This document shows positions 39,801 to 53,351 of a DNA stretch of 64,000 nucleotides, in pieces (positions within the stretch are counted from its first letter, which is position 1; every line of letters starts with the position of its first letter). The position numbers and the translations under genes are program-made. Source of the DNA: Amoebidium appalachense. Taxonomy: Eukaryota > Protista > Ichthyosporea. The notes below the pieces were generated by a model, which saw only the letters and a list, made by a program, of their open reading frames with translations, searched no databases and was not told where the DNA came from. The stretch is from contig CAVNZM010000004.1 of NCBI GenBank assembly GCA_963693365.1, positions 1,361,449 to 1,425,448 on the forward strand, in the 5' to 3' direction.

Positions 39801-40001
39801 GGGGGGGGGGGGGAATCGCGATCGGGAGATAAAAGGGGAACACACACCCACTCACACACACGCACACACACACCACTTGCGCGCGCGTGCCGGGAGATAA
39901 AAGGGGAACACACACACACACCGTGACACACGCACACTCCCACGCACACGCACACGTGCACGCGCGCGCGCGGGGAGTTAAAAGGGGAACACACACACAC
40001 A

Positions 40002-40045
<44 letters not shown>

Positions 40046-40077
40046 TGCGCGCACGCGCCGCACACACATACACCCAT

Positions 40078-40191
40078 TCACCTCGTCGACAAAACCCAAC
40101 TCAGACACTGCTGCACTTGAACATGGGAGGAGGAGGGGGGGGGGGGGGGGGGGGGGGGGGTTGAATGCGGAACACGGTACGAAGTACGGAT

Positions 40192-40228
<37 letters not shown>

Positions 40229-40693
40229 GCTAACTGAGTAAACAGGACCAGAGCACTAACGAGAAGGATTAAAACCTGGTGACACAGACTTAGAGGCCAC
40301 CGTGAGGGCACAGCAGGGATGGATCGCTCACGAGATTGCAGGGCCAAAAAAAATGCGGCCAGGAAGGGTGTTGTGGTGTCGAATTGTGTTTGGAAGATGT
40401 TCAGAAGGTGTAGGTTTGATTTTGAGAGGGGGCCGGGGGGGGGGGGGGGGCGGTTGAATGCGTCATAAAGTACGAAAAAAGGGGGGTTAAAAAGCGGAAC
40501 ATGGCACGAAGTACAAGAACACGATGAGAAACACGGTGAAGGACACAGGCAAAAGCAAACATTCAGGTATGCAACATCAGCAACGTGCGCAGTGTGCAAA
40601 ATGAGGAACTCAGGAGACGGGGCTTCTAGGGCCCCCCGTCGATACCTAAGTCGATACTTCCCTGGCTAACATACCACACCAGATGAAAAGAAT
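40078..40693 (-). mobile_element. Cluster of fragmented PLE-family terminal repeat and 3' UTR pieces
   Basis: Partial core at 40078-40130 (CCCAACTCAGACACTGCTGCACTTGAACATGGGAGG); tails at ~40161, ~40453 and ~40487-40597; 40604-40693 matches 21303-21395. Confidence 0.7.
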
Positions 40694-41383
40694 GAAGCCC
40701 CACGGAAGAAAAGTAGGAAATCGGTTAAGAGAGACCGCATGTGCATGGGATAGAGGATGGTGAGTGAGTAAGAAGAGATAGAGGGAGTGAAGGGGGGGGG
40801 GGGGGGGGGGGGAGATAGAGGAGAGAGAGAGCGAGGGAGGGAGGGAGGGAGAGAGGGAGAGTGAAGAGAGAACAGGAAGGGAGAGAGAGAGTGTGTGTGT
40901 GTGTGTGAATGTGTGTGCATGCGCGTGTATGCCATGTTGAGTGTGAAGAGAGAGAAGGAGGGGGGTGGGGGGGAGGGGGGGGGGGGGGCTCCCGTAATGG
41001 GGGGGAGCGAGAGAGAGAACGGAGGGAGGAAGGAGGGAGGGAGGGGAGAGGACGGAGGGGAGGGGGGGGGGGGGGGGGGGGGGCAGCCGAGGGGGGGGGA
41101 GGGAAGGGGGTAAGAGAAGGGAGAATAAGAGGGAAAGAGAGCGGCCATGTGTGCATGTGAGAGCAGACCGTGCTGAGTGAAACGGGGGGGGGGGGGGGGG
41201 GGGGGGAGTGATAGACAGAGAGGGGGGGGGAGGGGGGAGAGGGAAGGGGGTAAGAGAAGGGAGAATAAAAGGGAAAGAGAGAGACCGTGTGTGCACGTGG
41301 AGAGAGGGAGGGAGGGAGGGAGGGAGGGAGGGAGGGAGGGAGGGAGGGAGGGAGGGAGGGAGGGAGGGAGAGAGAGAGAGAGG

Positions 41384-41457
<74 letters not shown>

Positions 41458-41563
41458 TAGATAGATAGATAGAGAGGGAGAGAGAGGGAGAGAGAGAGAG
41501 AGGGAGGGAGGGAGGGAGGGAGGGAGGGAGGGAGAGGGAGAGGGAAAGGGTGAGGGTGAGGGT

Positions 41564-41670
<107 letters not shown>

Positions 41671-41776
41671 GAGAACAAGCATAGCCTAAAAACCAACCGA
41701 GCTCCACAACCTTTGCTCATGCATGGAGAGGGGGTGGGAGGGTGGGAAAGATGGGAATGGGGAAGAACCGTGTGTG

Positions 41777-41815
<39 letters not shown>

Positions 41816-41819
41816 TGGT

Positions 41820-41875
<56 letters not shown>

Positions 41876-43403
41876 AGGGGGTTTCGTCGGGATAAAATGT
41901 TTATGAGGCTCGATTGGGCCATGATGTCATGGTTACAGAGCAAAAGCACGTGATTTGCAAATGGAGTCGGAGGCTTAAGGAAATTTCTTGACCGATGTGA
42001 GTGGCCGCAAGAGGCAACAAAAAAGATAAATAAAAAAAAAGGAAAATCAACATGGGGGGGGGGGGGGGGGGGGGGGAGTAGAGCACAAAAGTCGAAAATT
42101 GGGAGATTAAGATTACTTAAACTTGTGCAGTAGGTGTTGGGAATAACGAAAAAAGAAAGAGGGGGGGGGGGGGGGGGGGGGGAGTAATTCAATTCGCGAT
42201 TCACAAGGGGAGGGGCAGGGGGGGGGGGGGGGGGCTCCTACCCTGAACCATAGTGTCAGAATGAGAACCACTTTGGTACTGCTGAAATGGTAACCTGCTG
42301 GCATCGGAATAGGAGGTCGAGCTAGGCTCAGTAGTTTGTAACGTGTGCTCTTGGTAAGGACACAACTCAGGGCTCTACTCATCTGCTCTACTCCGTATGC
42401 TCCAGGTCACCTTCCAAAGTTTGGGTGACTCTGGATGGCTCCCAGTCACCAACTCGCAAAATTTCTACCATCCTAACACTATGAGCTGAAAATAATGAGC
42501 CCTGGAACGTTTCGCCTCAAGTGTAAGATAGGGAAAAGACACACGTGTCACCTCTATGTTAGCAACGGTTCCGTGCAAAAAAACAAAACATGAAACGTTG
42601 CAATTGGCCCATTGAGTCCACTGTTACATATTGTAGTGTTGGAGCGCAAAGCTGTAGCGGCGCCAACCTGCGAACAACTGCTCACTGCGATTGGCAGAAT
42701 TGACTTGCGCAAGCATGACATCAGGGTCTCTGCCGCCCAGCGAGATAGCAAGGTCGACTGATCTTGAAGTCTTTACCTCAATAGTAAACAGGCTTTGGTT
42801 GCTTAATAGAAAGGTTAGCATATAAAGCGACGCGCGAATTTATTATATTCATTATATGGTCTCTGACCCCTCCTTCGTGGTCAAAACAACGACGAAGCAC
42901 GATCTTATCATAATACTAGCGGCTCGTTTATCGATCACTGCCCCAGCACAACCCAGCTGAGGCCTAAATTTTTCCTATTTTAAAAATGAAGTGCGCATTT
43001 TTTATATACCAACATTTTTCCTAGAACACCAAATCAAGCGTCCTTACCAGAGGGGCGAGCCGAGGCCGGAGTTTCGGGACGAGTGGCCGAGTTTCTGGGC
43101 ATCGGCCCCGAAACGAGGTCGAGGGGAGGGGGAGGGGAAGCCCCCGGAGGGTGCCGGTAGAAGACGCGGCACCCCTATCCATGGCCGGTAGAACAAATAC
43201 AGGGCTTGCTATACTAAAACAATTTGGGTATATTTTGGGTGATATTAAAGTCTTTTCTAGATATCTTGCTAGATAGAAAGCTTCTTTTCAGTGTTTTTAG
43301 AGAGCCGTAAAAATTACACCATTTTTCCAATTTGTAACCCGGAAAAAGTTCGGCTGCTGAGGAACAATTGCCCGCAAATAAGATTTAGAGTCAAACCTAA
43401 TTA

Positions 43404-44735
43404 CCTGTTTGGCAACGCGGGTTAGTGTAATCTGGATTTCGGGGGATATCTGGATATCAAAATCGAGATCCAGATTATGCTGCAGAATCCGGATCTCAGC
43501 CGAAACCTGGGTTAAGCCGGGTAGATAACCCATGGATGCCAAACAGCCCACGTACGATTTCGGGTTAGATTTGCTCTGCAGCTGTCACGCTGTTCATCAC
43601 CGGTCGGTGACTTGCAATTGCAGACCCGCTACACATATACACCATAGTGATAAGCAGTAATAAACCACGAAAGCGCTGAGTTGTATACGGTTTATTTGAG
43701 ACACTCACCATGTATGCAGCCCGGAACATAGCCGTTTTGGCTGCGATTGCAGCCTTGACCTATAGCCCAGAGCTCAAAGAGCCCTGTCGTACTTCCCCGC
43801 TCAGTGGTAGAGAGTATGTGCAAGAACTGCTTGGCACAGCTCACGAGACAAGGGTGAACGATGTCCTACGCGTGAGTCCATATGTTGCAAGGGAGTTAAT
43901 TGAGAAGTTGGCTCCATTCATTGAAGAGAGTGATAACATGGACGCTCAGGAAGTTACCTGCATGATGCTGTATACCCTTGGGCAGGGTGTTGCAGTCAGG
44001 AACGTTGCCGAACGTTTCCAACACAGCACCGAGACCGTGAGCCGGTATGTAGTGCTATGACTCCTGCCCTGTTGAATTATGTTATTGGCTGTGTGTTTGC
44101 AGCATTTGTCTGTGCTTGTTAAACAACAATGCTCCGAATGGGTTGTGTTCCACTGTCCAGGGTGCACGTGCGCGTGCACTGTCTCAAGGGTTTGCTGTTG
44201 TTTTCAATAAAGCTTATATGTAGGAATGTGGAAAATAATCAGACATCATTGTGTGCTGCAGGCGTTTTCGAGAAGGCATCGATGCCACGCTTGCTGCTTT
44301 CGGGGAAGAATACATGATTCAACCCGATGAGTCATATATGGTGCCTAGTTGGGTGCGTGAAAACCCTGAGTTTTGGCCTTACTTCCGTATTGTTCTCGGG
44401 GCAGTTGATGGCACTCTTGTTCCGTGCAAGGTCAAACCGGAGGCTGCTGATCGGGATCGGTGCAGGAAAGGTTTCACAGCACAAAATGTATTGGGTGCAT
44501 GCGACTGGGAAGCATATTCCACATATTGTTTGCCCGGTGGGGAGGGATGTGGTGCAGACAGCACAGTGTTGAACTGTGCCCTCGAGCAGCCCCCTCCACA
44601 AAATTTTACGTGTGCCGACGGGGAAAGTTTACCTGGGTGACCAGGGCTACCCGAACACAAACGAAATTTTGGCACCCTACAGAGGAGTCCGCTATCATCT
44701 GAAGGAGTACGGGACGGGAGCAATGGCGTATTTAG

Positions 44736-44773
<38 letters not shown>

Positions 44774-44882
44774 CCCCCCCCCCCCCTCCCCCAAAAAAAG
44801 AAGGCCCCTCGACCCATCACTCCCTCCCTACATTGGTAAAAAAGTGTGCTTTTCCTGTTTCCTTTTGTTCTGCACACACACA

Positions 44883-44950
<68 letters not shown>

Positions 44951-46543
44951 CACATGCACAGAGAGAGTGGATAGGGAGAGAAAAAGAGAGATAGATAGTT
45001 TACACATCCAACCTGAAGGTCGTGCGCGCATGCACAAACACCTACACAGACTCACGTGTACAAATACGCACACACACATGCGTCCGCGTGTGCCCGCACG
45101 GGTCATGCCCGCGTGCACACACTAAACGAACATGCACACACACAAACAGCCACGCGCACACACACACTGTCATATTGATGTTGAAGTGTCTGGTGTTGTC
45201 TATTCATGTGTCGTGTTCTAGTCCTCAGAATGCGAAGGAGTTATTCAACCTGAGGCATGCCAAGGCGCGGGTGGTCATTGAGCGGTTCTATGGTATGCTG
45301 AAAAACCGCTTTCAGATACTCCAGAAAGCCACCAACTACTGTCCTAAGATGCTCTCGAAGATCATTCTTGTGTGCTTTCTACTTATGAACTTTATAAAAA
45401 AGCACAACGCGGAGGAGCATGGCCACTACTCAGACGAAGAGCAGCACAACTTGCCTACACGTGGTAAGTCTTTGGTTGCATTTGGTTTTGTTTCTCTTCC
45501 TCTACCAGTTTTTCAGTTATTTTTGTTTTTATTTTGTTCTCTGGTTTTGTGGTGGGCAACGGGTCAAGATGGGTTGGAGTGTGCGTCTGCACGTTTTTTT
45601 GATGTGGTTTTTGTGGTGTGACTGATTTTGCTCGAGTTGGGATGGAGTGTGCCTCTGAGCGGCGGCAGCGTTGTTGGTGTGTGTGGGGAACCAGGGGAAA
45701 GGAGGGGGTGGGTAGGGGGATGATTTATAAGACTGTATGCTTGATGTAAAGGCCTTGATGTTTTTTAACTCTGTGTTAGGCAGGGGCAACCAAAACCAAC
45801 AAGAAGACGAGGCAGAGGCAGATGCCAGAAGAGATCAAATTGCTGCAGCTATGTGGGTTGACTACACGAGCAGGGCACAGGGTGCCTGGTGAATAGTAAA
45901 TGAGCACTGAATCGTGCAGTGACATGTGTCCGTCCCGTCCCCGTCCCCCCCCCCCCCCCCCCCCCCCCCCCTCAAAGAAAGATAGCAGGTAAAAGAAAAG
46001 AAAAAAACTGCACACACACACACCTTTCTGCACATGATGTTGCAAAGGTCATTCTGAGTACTTTTGTATTCCTACTAATGCTGCACCAGGCGGCGAGGCC
46101 GAACACTAAAACAATGATTTCAAACGGTGATCACTACATCATACTCACTTCTACACGTAAAAGATGTTTCTTGCACTATCCCCCCGCCCACACCATAACA
46201 AAAAAAAAGAAAGAAATTGGCGCCCTTTCAACAATCCTTTTTTGGCCACTTCAAACTATCGACGATTGGTGCAAAAGGACACCATATATAGTTCCATAAA
46301 ATGAACATTCATTGGGTCGGACATTCAGGACCTGAAAGGATTTCGCGCTAATCCACCTCCCGAGGTGGATTAGTGGAATCCAGATTACGGCCATGTCCGA
46401 GGGGTTTGAAACCCAGATTTACGTGACCGGATCTGGCCGTCTGTTTGGCAGCGGCTGGATTTTGAGATTTGGATTTAGCGCTAAACCCAAAATCGCCCGT
46501 AATCCGGATTTAGGACCCTAAACCCGGGTTGCCAAACAGGCCC
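43404..46543 (+). mobile_element. PIF/Harbinger DNA transposon
   Basis: Left end TTA|CCTGTTTGGCAACGCGGGTTAG (terminal GGG missing); right end CTAAACCCGGGTTGCCAAACAGGCCC|TTA; sub-terminal GGATT/AATCC repeats; transposase gene inside. Confidence 0.85.
43710..45892 (+). CDS. Harbinger/PIF DDE transposase, 4 exons
   Basis: Exons 43710-44044 (ERFQHSTETVSR), 44262-44727 (GAVDGT, RKG...QNVLG.CD, GDQGY, PYRGVRYHLKE; one frameshift near 44590-44605), 45222-45463 (ELFNLRHAKARVVIERFYGMLKNRF), 45780-45892 (RDQIAAAMWVDY). D-D-E residues are present. Confidence 0.9.
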
Positions 46544-48224
46544 TTAACGCTTCCGCAACATATCTCAAGATTGCCATGTTTGGCAACTTTGGATGCCCTA
46601 AAAGAGTAAAAACAAAGCGAGTGCTTATCGTCTCTGACGTCAGAGTGACGAAACCCAACAAACTGCAGAATATATAATAAAACATAAATTTTTGAGCGGT
46701 ACGTGCACAAGCTTAAGATAAATTTGAGCTATTTTTAGTAACGTTGCTATTGGAATGCACGAAGCGCTGCAAGTATATTACCACGGCAGAGGGCCGTGAT
46801 ATTACCCGATCCCTTGACCACATTCCTCCTCATGACTCCCCACATTCTTTCCTCGGCCCGCAGGCGGCTCCCCCTAGATTAACCATATGGCGAATAGATA
46901 AGGAGGCCTTGCAGTCTACCGTCTACCCGGTCGTTTTTGCTTTTTGTGCCACTGCCAGATAGCAGAAAACGCCATTTGAAGGTGGGCTAGCCCAGACATG
47001 GAGTTTTCCACCCTCATCTAGAGCAAGGTTGACCACTTCAGCCTCTTTTTTGCCCGTTTTTCATGGTGGTCAGCTGGCCTCTCCTACACAGATACTACAT
47101 GGGCTCATCACCTTCCTGTTCTGGCGCAAAACTAGGCTAATCCCCACCATGCCCGTGACGCTTGGCCACTGACAAAACTCACCTCCGCTGTAGACTTTAC
47201 CCCACCCAAAGCTTTTTACACCCATAAAAGAAGACATCTTCGAGCTGTAAATACTGAGCATACAAATCCCCTCCTCCGGACCAACCACAGCTCACACATG
47301 CGCTGCGCACGCAGTGTGGGGATCCGCATACACGGATCCTAACCACGGCATGCCGTGTACGGCGCAGGTCCCTCGGGCAATTAATGCAACTTCCTCCTCC
47401 CCTACCCATCCCCTCCCCCCTCCCCTGACACCCCCCCCCCCCCCCCTCTTCCCCCCCCCCCCCCCCTCCCCCCTCTCTCCCCCCCCCCCCCACCCCCCCC
47501 CCCCCCTCCTGCGGCAGGCCCCACCACCATTATAGAATGACTGGGTAGGCCGTGGCCTCTGCCTATGGGACGTCCCAAAATGACTCCCATGGCCACCCAT
47601 CAACATAGCAACACTGTATGGTTCGCGAAATTTCTTCGCCCATATATGTAAATTCTTCACTTCCTGACCTCTTTAGGAATCCTAAAGTTAGGGAAAGTTT
47701 CACCCAATCCCTCTTCCACCATAAAAAAGGATATTGTGCAAAACCGTACTATGTTGACCATGGTGCGTGCAGCTGAAGGCTGCAACCGACACACATTAAT
47801 ATGCGGCAACTGACAGCACAATATCATCATACTATGCACACTAAACCCGTTGGCAGACACATAGTACTACATGTACACAGAACTCACTTTACACACCGTG
47901 ACATGGCATAAACAAAAAATTTACATGATGAAAAACACACGCCCACACACATTCACACCTACCCGCCCGACCACACCCCCGCCCACGTAACACACGCACG
48001 TGGCGCGCGCGCACACACACACAGACACACAAACGCATGCAGCATGCACGCACTCACGCACGCACGCACACACACATGCACGCACGCACACACTGAAGCA
48101 CGCACGCACGCACGTACGTACGTACACACGTACACACATGCGCACACACACACGTGTGCACATACAAACAAACATGTGCACGAGCGCACACGCACACACG
48201 CACACATGCACACGCACACACCGT

Positions 48225-48297
<73 letters not shown>

Positions 48298-48824
48298 TCC
48301 TGAGACAGACAGAGACACACACACACCGTCACACACACACACATACATACACGTGAGCACGTGCCGTAACGCACGCACACACGTGGGGGGGGGGGGGGGG
48401 GGGGGTGGAAGAAAGAGAGAGAGTGGTGAGAGAGAGATACTCAAGGTGGGGAAGGAGGGGGGAGAGAGGGAGGGAGAGAGGGAGAAGGAGGGGGGGTGGG
48501 GGGGGGGGGGGGGGGGGAGGGTCCACAGGGAACACGGGTAACTGCAGCTGGAAAATACAAACTACTTTTGAAAGGTTAAGATTTAATGTGAGTGCCTGGC
48601 CCGGCCTAGGCAAGTTACGTGCCATTCAGGCACGCATCATTTTATAAAGAGTTATTGTACAAGCCGGCTACAATGCTATTAAGTTATTAATTGAAATTCA
48701 ACACCAAAAGGTCAACATCAGTGTAGAATTTGTGCAGAGCCGGCCATAGTTAGTTTACAAGTTCACACCACTTTTTGACACCTCTTATCTGTGTGACTAT
48801 TGTAACCTACAATATTAACTGTTT

Positions 48825-49443
48825 TCAAAAGCGTGTATCCTCGCGGTTGACCGATGTCTTCTTGCGGTTGAGACCCGGCTGGAACTCCTCAAACAGAGTG
48901 TCGGTGTCCTCAAGAGACATACCGGCCGTCTCAGGCACGCACATGTACACAAAGGTCGTCATGGTGACAATGAAGCACGTGAAGAACACAAACGTGCCCC
49001 ACAGGTTGAACACGTTTGGCCGGTACAGGTATGGGGTAATCTTGCCCACCACGGCAGCCATAGCCCAGTTGGTGGCCGTCGACACACTCATGCCCTTGCC
49101 GCGGAGGTTCTGGGGGAAGATCTCGGAACACAGCACCCACACCACGGGGCCCCAGCTGTAGGCAAAGCAGGCCACAAAGATGACAGCGAAAACAATCACA
49201 AAGATGCCCACGGTCTCGTTTGTCTTGTAGTCAAACAGAGGAGGGGCCAAGATGGCACAACCGGCGGTACCGAGGGCCATGCCCACACCACCGGTTAACA
49301 GAAGCGTGATGCGACCGGTGCGCTCAATCAGGTAGATGCAGATGAACGTAGAAAGGAAGTTGAACGTGGTCAGGGCAAGGTTGGCCCAGAGTGCGCCGGT
49401 CTCGCTGAAAAATGTGGCAAAGATGTCGGGGGCAGTTTGAAAC
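48825..49443 (-). CDS. MFS sugar porter (hexose transporter family), C-terminal half only
   Basis: ERTGR, SWGPVVWVLCSEIFP..LRGKG, NW and VPET motifs with hydrophobic helices; candidate acceptor CTTCTCAG at 49444. N-terminal half not found. Confidence 0.85.
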
Positions 49444-50399
49444 CTGAGAAGCCGATGCTGAAGGTGACCGGATGCCGCTGAATATATACCACAGCCTAAA
49501 CAAACATCCGCCAATCAAGGACGGTCTTATCAGGATCTGTTATTTAGCGATCCAATAGAAACTATAGTTTTAGTTCAGATCCATCCATATTTGGAGGTAA
49601 AAGGCAGTGATTAGCTGAAGAAAAAAGAGCCACCGCCATCGGATTGGTCCTTTATTCCGATTGGGTTGTTGGCTTCAAGTAGAAGCAACGCGCTTTTTCC
49701 GGCCTTCGGAGTCTTCGGACACAGACAACAGACTTGCTTCTTCACTGCTCGAGTTTCCTTTCCTTCAGGCTGAGATGAGCCATCAAAAAAGAAAACAATG
49801 AGCCACCAGTGACCACGGTGGTACGTATATCACACGGCGGATCTCTGTGGTTTCAGGCAGCGATACTGTCTGTATGCTGATGAAACACCCTCGCCACACG
49901 GGAAAGCTGCCTTGTATTCCGCCTGATAAATCATTATGACAGCACTCCGGAACCGTAAGGACTTCCATGCTATAATCCACCTTTATATATACAAACAAAG
50001 GGCACTCGCTAATAATCATTGTATTCAGCCTGCAGCGCAGCACCGCAACATCTGAACATTTGAAGCGATGTGCAGGTGCACCATGGTGCGCGGGCACCTG
50101 CATCCAAGTGCATAGCCACTGTCACAGTATCCGCGTGCCGGGAATGGCCCAGATAAATTCTATGTAGATGGCTATCTGAATATAGTTGTGGGCTCAGAAT
50201 TCATCACACTTGATCCATAAACAATCATTAGTTACAGTAGTATACCCCGGCCCATAGATAGATAGTACAAGATCTAGATAGATGGATAGTTGATCGATCC
50301 GTGCTGTTACGTGCGTCCACCGGGCGAACACAGAGAACTTGCATTGATTTCTTCTTGTTTACTAAGTCTCCTAGATTATAGGCTACTGCTAATATTAGA

Positions 50400-50559
<160 letters not shown>

Positions 50560-51318
50560 GGCGGGGCGGATAGGGGAGGGGGGGAATGAGGAGAAGGAAG
50601 GGGGGCACTTACTTGATGTACCGCACGGAGCTACCGCACGGTACGGCAAGCTAGGCTAGGCCATGAGTGAGCATGTCCAAATGCCCGAGTTCAGCCTCTG
50701 GTAATACTAAAGACAACAATATCCAAGGGGACACGAGTTGAGGCCACATCAGCCTGGATGTGTACTTGGGGTGTGCATTTTGGCAACGGTTTTAGTGGAG
50801 AATTTTTTTTTAAAGTAGCCAAAGTAGAATCTGGGGTTTTGAAAATGCTGTTAAAGTTCGCTACCACCTAAAATCACATACTGTACGTCAATGATTAGTT
50901 AGTGCCTCCTACTATTGATCTGATTCATTCATAATGATTTCAAGGTTGTGTTTACTGCAGTCACACTTTTTTTTTTTTTTTTTTTCTTTTTCCCACCCCA
51001 CCCCAACCCCCCCGCCCACCAACATACATACACATACGTGTGCACACACACAATGGCGCACGTACATAACCACATGCAAAATAATATATACACACACACG
51101 CGTGCGCGCATGCACTGATCTGCACATGCGAAAGGGTGCACAGAGGTGTGCTCCAGCGGCACGTGTTACACCCACATCCGACAGCCACACACGCGCAACC
51201 GCGGCGTGCGGTGCGCTCACACTCACACACACACATACACACACAGAGAGACACACACCACACACATACACAACCACACCAACACACACACACACCTTGA
51301 TGCACGAACATAATCGCA

Positions 51319-51374
<56 letters not shown>

Positions 51375-51380
51375 GAATGC

Positions 51381-51443
<63 letters not shown>

Positions 51444-51605
51444 CTCATGTGATCTCTTGACAGTGGCACTCGTAACACAAACTTTCTACCCATCGAGGGC
51501 CCAACCACATCCACACAGCAGCAGTATTATTCAATGCCCGGCACGGAATAAATGTGCTTTTGCAGAATGCCATAATAGGGGGAAGGGGGTGGGGGGGGGG
51601 GGAAT

Positions 51606-51645
<40 letters not shown>

Positions 51646-51948
51646 GGATAGGCTACCAGTTTCTGTTACACGTTCTCAGACTGAGTACCGCATGGTGTTC
51701 AGAGTAACTCTGTAGTGCTGGCATGCGGTTAATGGGATAGCTGAACACGAAATAGTGCCCGTGTGGAGCGAGACCCTCGGCATGACCACCGTGACTGCAG
51801 CTGATTGGGAGGGCAAGCTTGTACTTCATGAAGCAAAAGCATAATAGGGGAGGTACCGTTGGACAAAATTGTGAGTGGAGGCAAAAAAGGAACTGGCATT
51901 ACATGGGTCAGCGGATGGGATGTGTGTCTGTGTGTGTGTGTGTGTGTG

Positions 51949-51992
<44 letters not shown>

Positions 51993-52729
51993 GGCCATGA
52001 ACAGGGATAGATAAGACACCTGTTTGGCACGTGATCGAGTGAACATGCAAAGATTGCAGGCTGGGAAGTCGATTCCCGGCACACTATTCACTTTTTTATC
52101 TCTGACATCTCGATATTTTCATCAGAAGAAACAAAATTTGTGTAGATATAACTGCCGTGATGCATGTCATTTCTCACATCAGTAGGTGTTGGTTGCGATC
52201 AAACAACAGCAAGATATTAAGGATGAGGTAGAGAGATAGAGAGAGATAAATAAATTATCTCACTACTGAGCTAGCAGACGGCCCGAAGTTTCAATCTATT
52301 CGCTAGCAGGGGGCAAAAGAAGAATACTGGAGAGATAACATAATTGGCTAAGTATCAGTATGCTCGGTCGGCCACTCACATCCACAAACCTACCACATCA
52401 CCTACCAGGTAAAACAGACCGAATCTTTACACCACTCCATTTTTCACAAACTTTATAACACCTGCCCGGTAATTCTTTAACCCATTTAACAACTGCCCGT
52501 TGACTTCATTCCACTTACCAATCTTGACTATCATTCACCTGCCAACCAACACACACTTGCACCAAGAATCATGAGAGTAAATATAACGGGGAAAAAGCAC
52601 AATCAACCTAAATATCGTAGACAACTGTACACTAATGTGTTTCTACAAATCAAAACTCATCGTCATTCCCTAGGCTTTTACGTTTCCCAGCTCAAACCCC
52701 TCACACATCCCTCCCCCTCTCCCTCTCCT

Positions 52730-52774
<45 letters not shown>

Positions 52775-53094
52775 ACCCCAAAAAAAAAAGAAAAAAAAGA
52801 AAAAAAAGAGAGAGAAAAAAAAGAAAGAAAGGAAAAAGAAAGGACGGGCCGTACAAACCTACAAACCCATGCAGAGAACAATGACACGATCCTCAATCTC
52901 AAATGTATTAACAAATACGGCAAAGAAAAAAAATAAAATGGGGATACAGAGATTTTACGATAAGTATTTGCAGTAATGAGGCTACTAGGGACGGGCGGAA
53001 TATCGCGGCCACATCGATATCCAATCAAATAGGGGAAAAACCTATGTCATCAATCCAAATATGGCAACCACCACACGCACATCCTCCAATCAAA

Positions 53095-53269
53095 TTACAG
53101 GGCGAATGGTGAAATCACGTGCTCGGGCACACCCACGTTGCGCAGCTGGTTGTATGAGTAGAGGCGAGATTGGCCAATCACACGCAGGCACATGTCCTGG
53201 AGGGTCGGCATCTTGAGGTAGCAAATGGAAACCTGCAGGGGGTGGTTCGTGTGAGTTGAGGGTGTGGTC

Positions 53270-53351
<82 letters not shown>

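Noticed and set aside
46900-47860. Possible Myb-like partner gene or other ORF beside the Harbinger element
   Set aside because: Lies outside the TIR, frames are broken by stops, and no identifiable motifs
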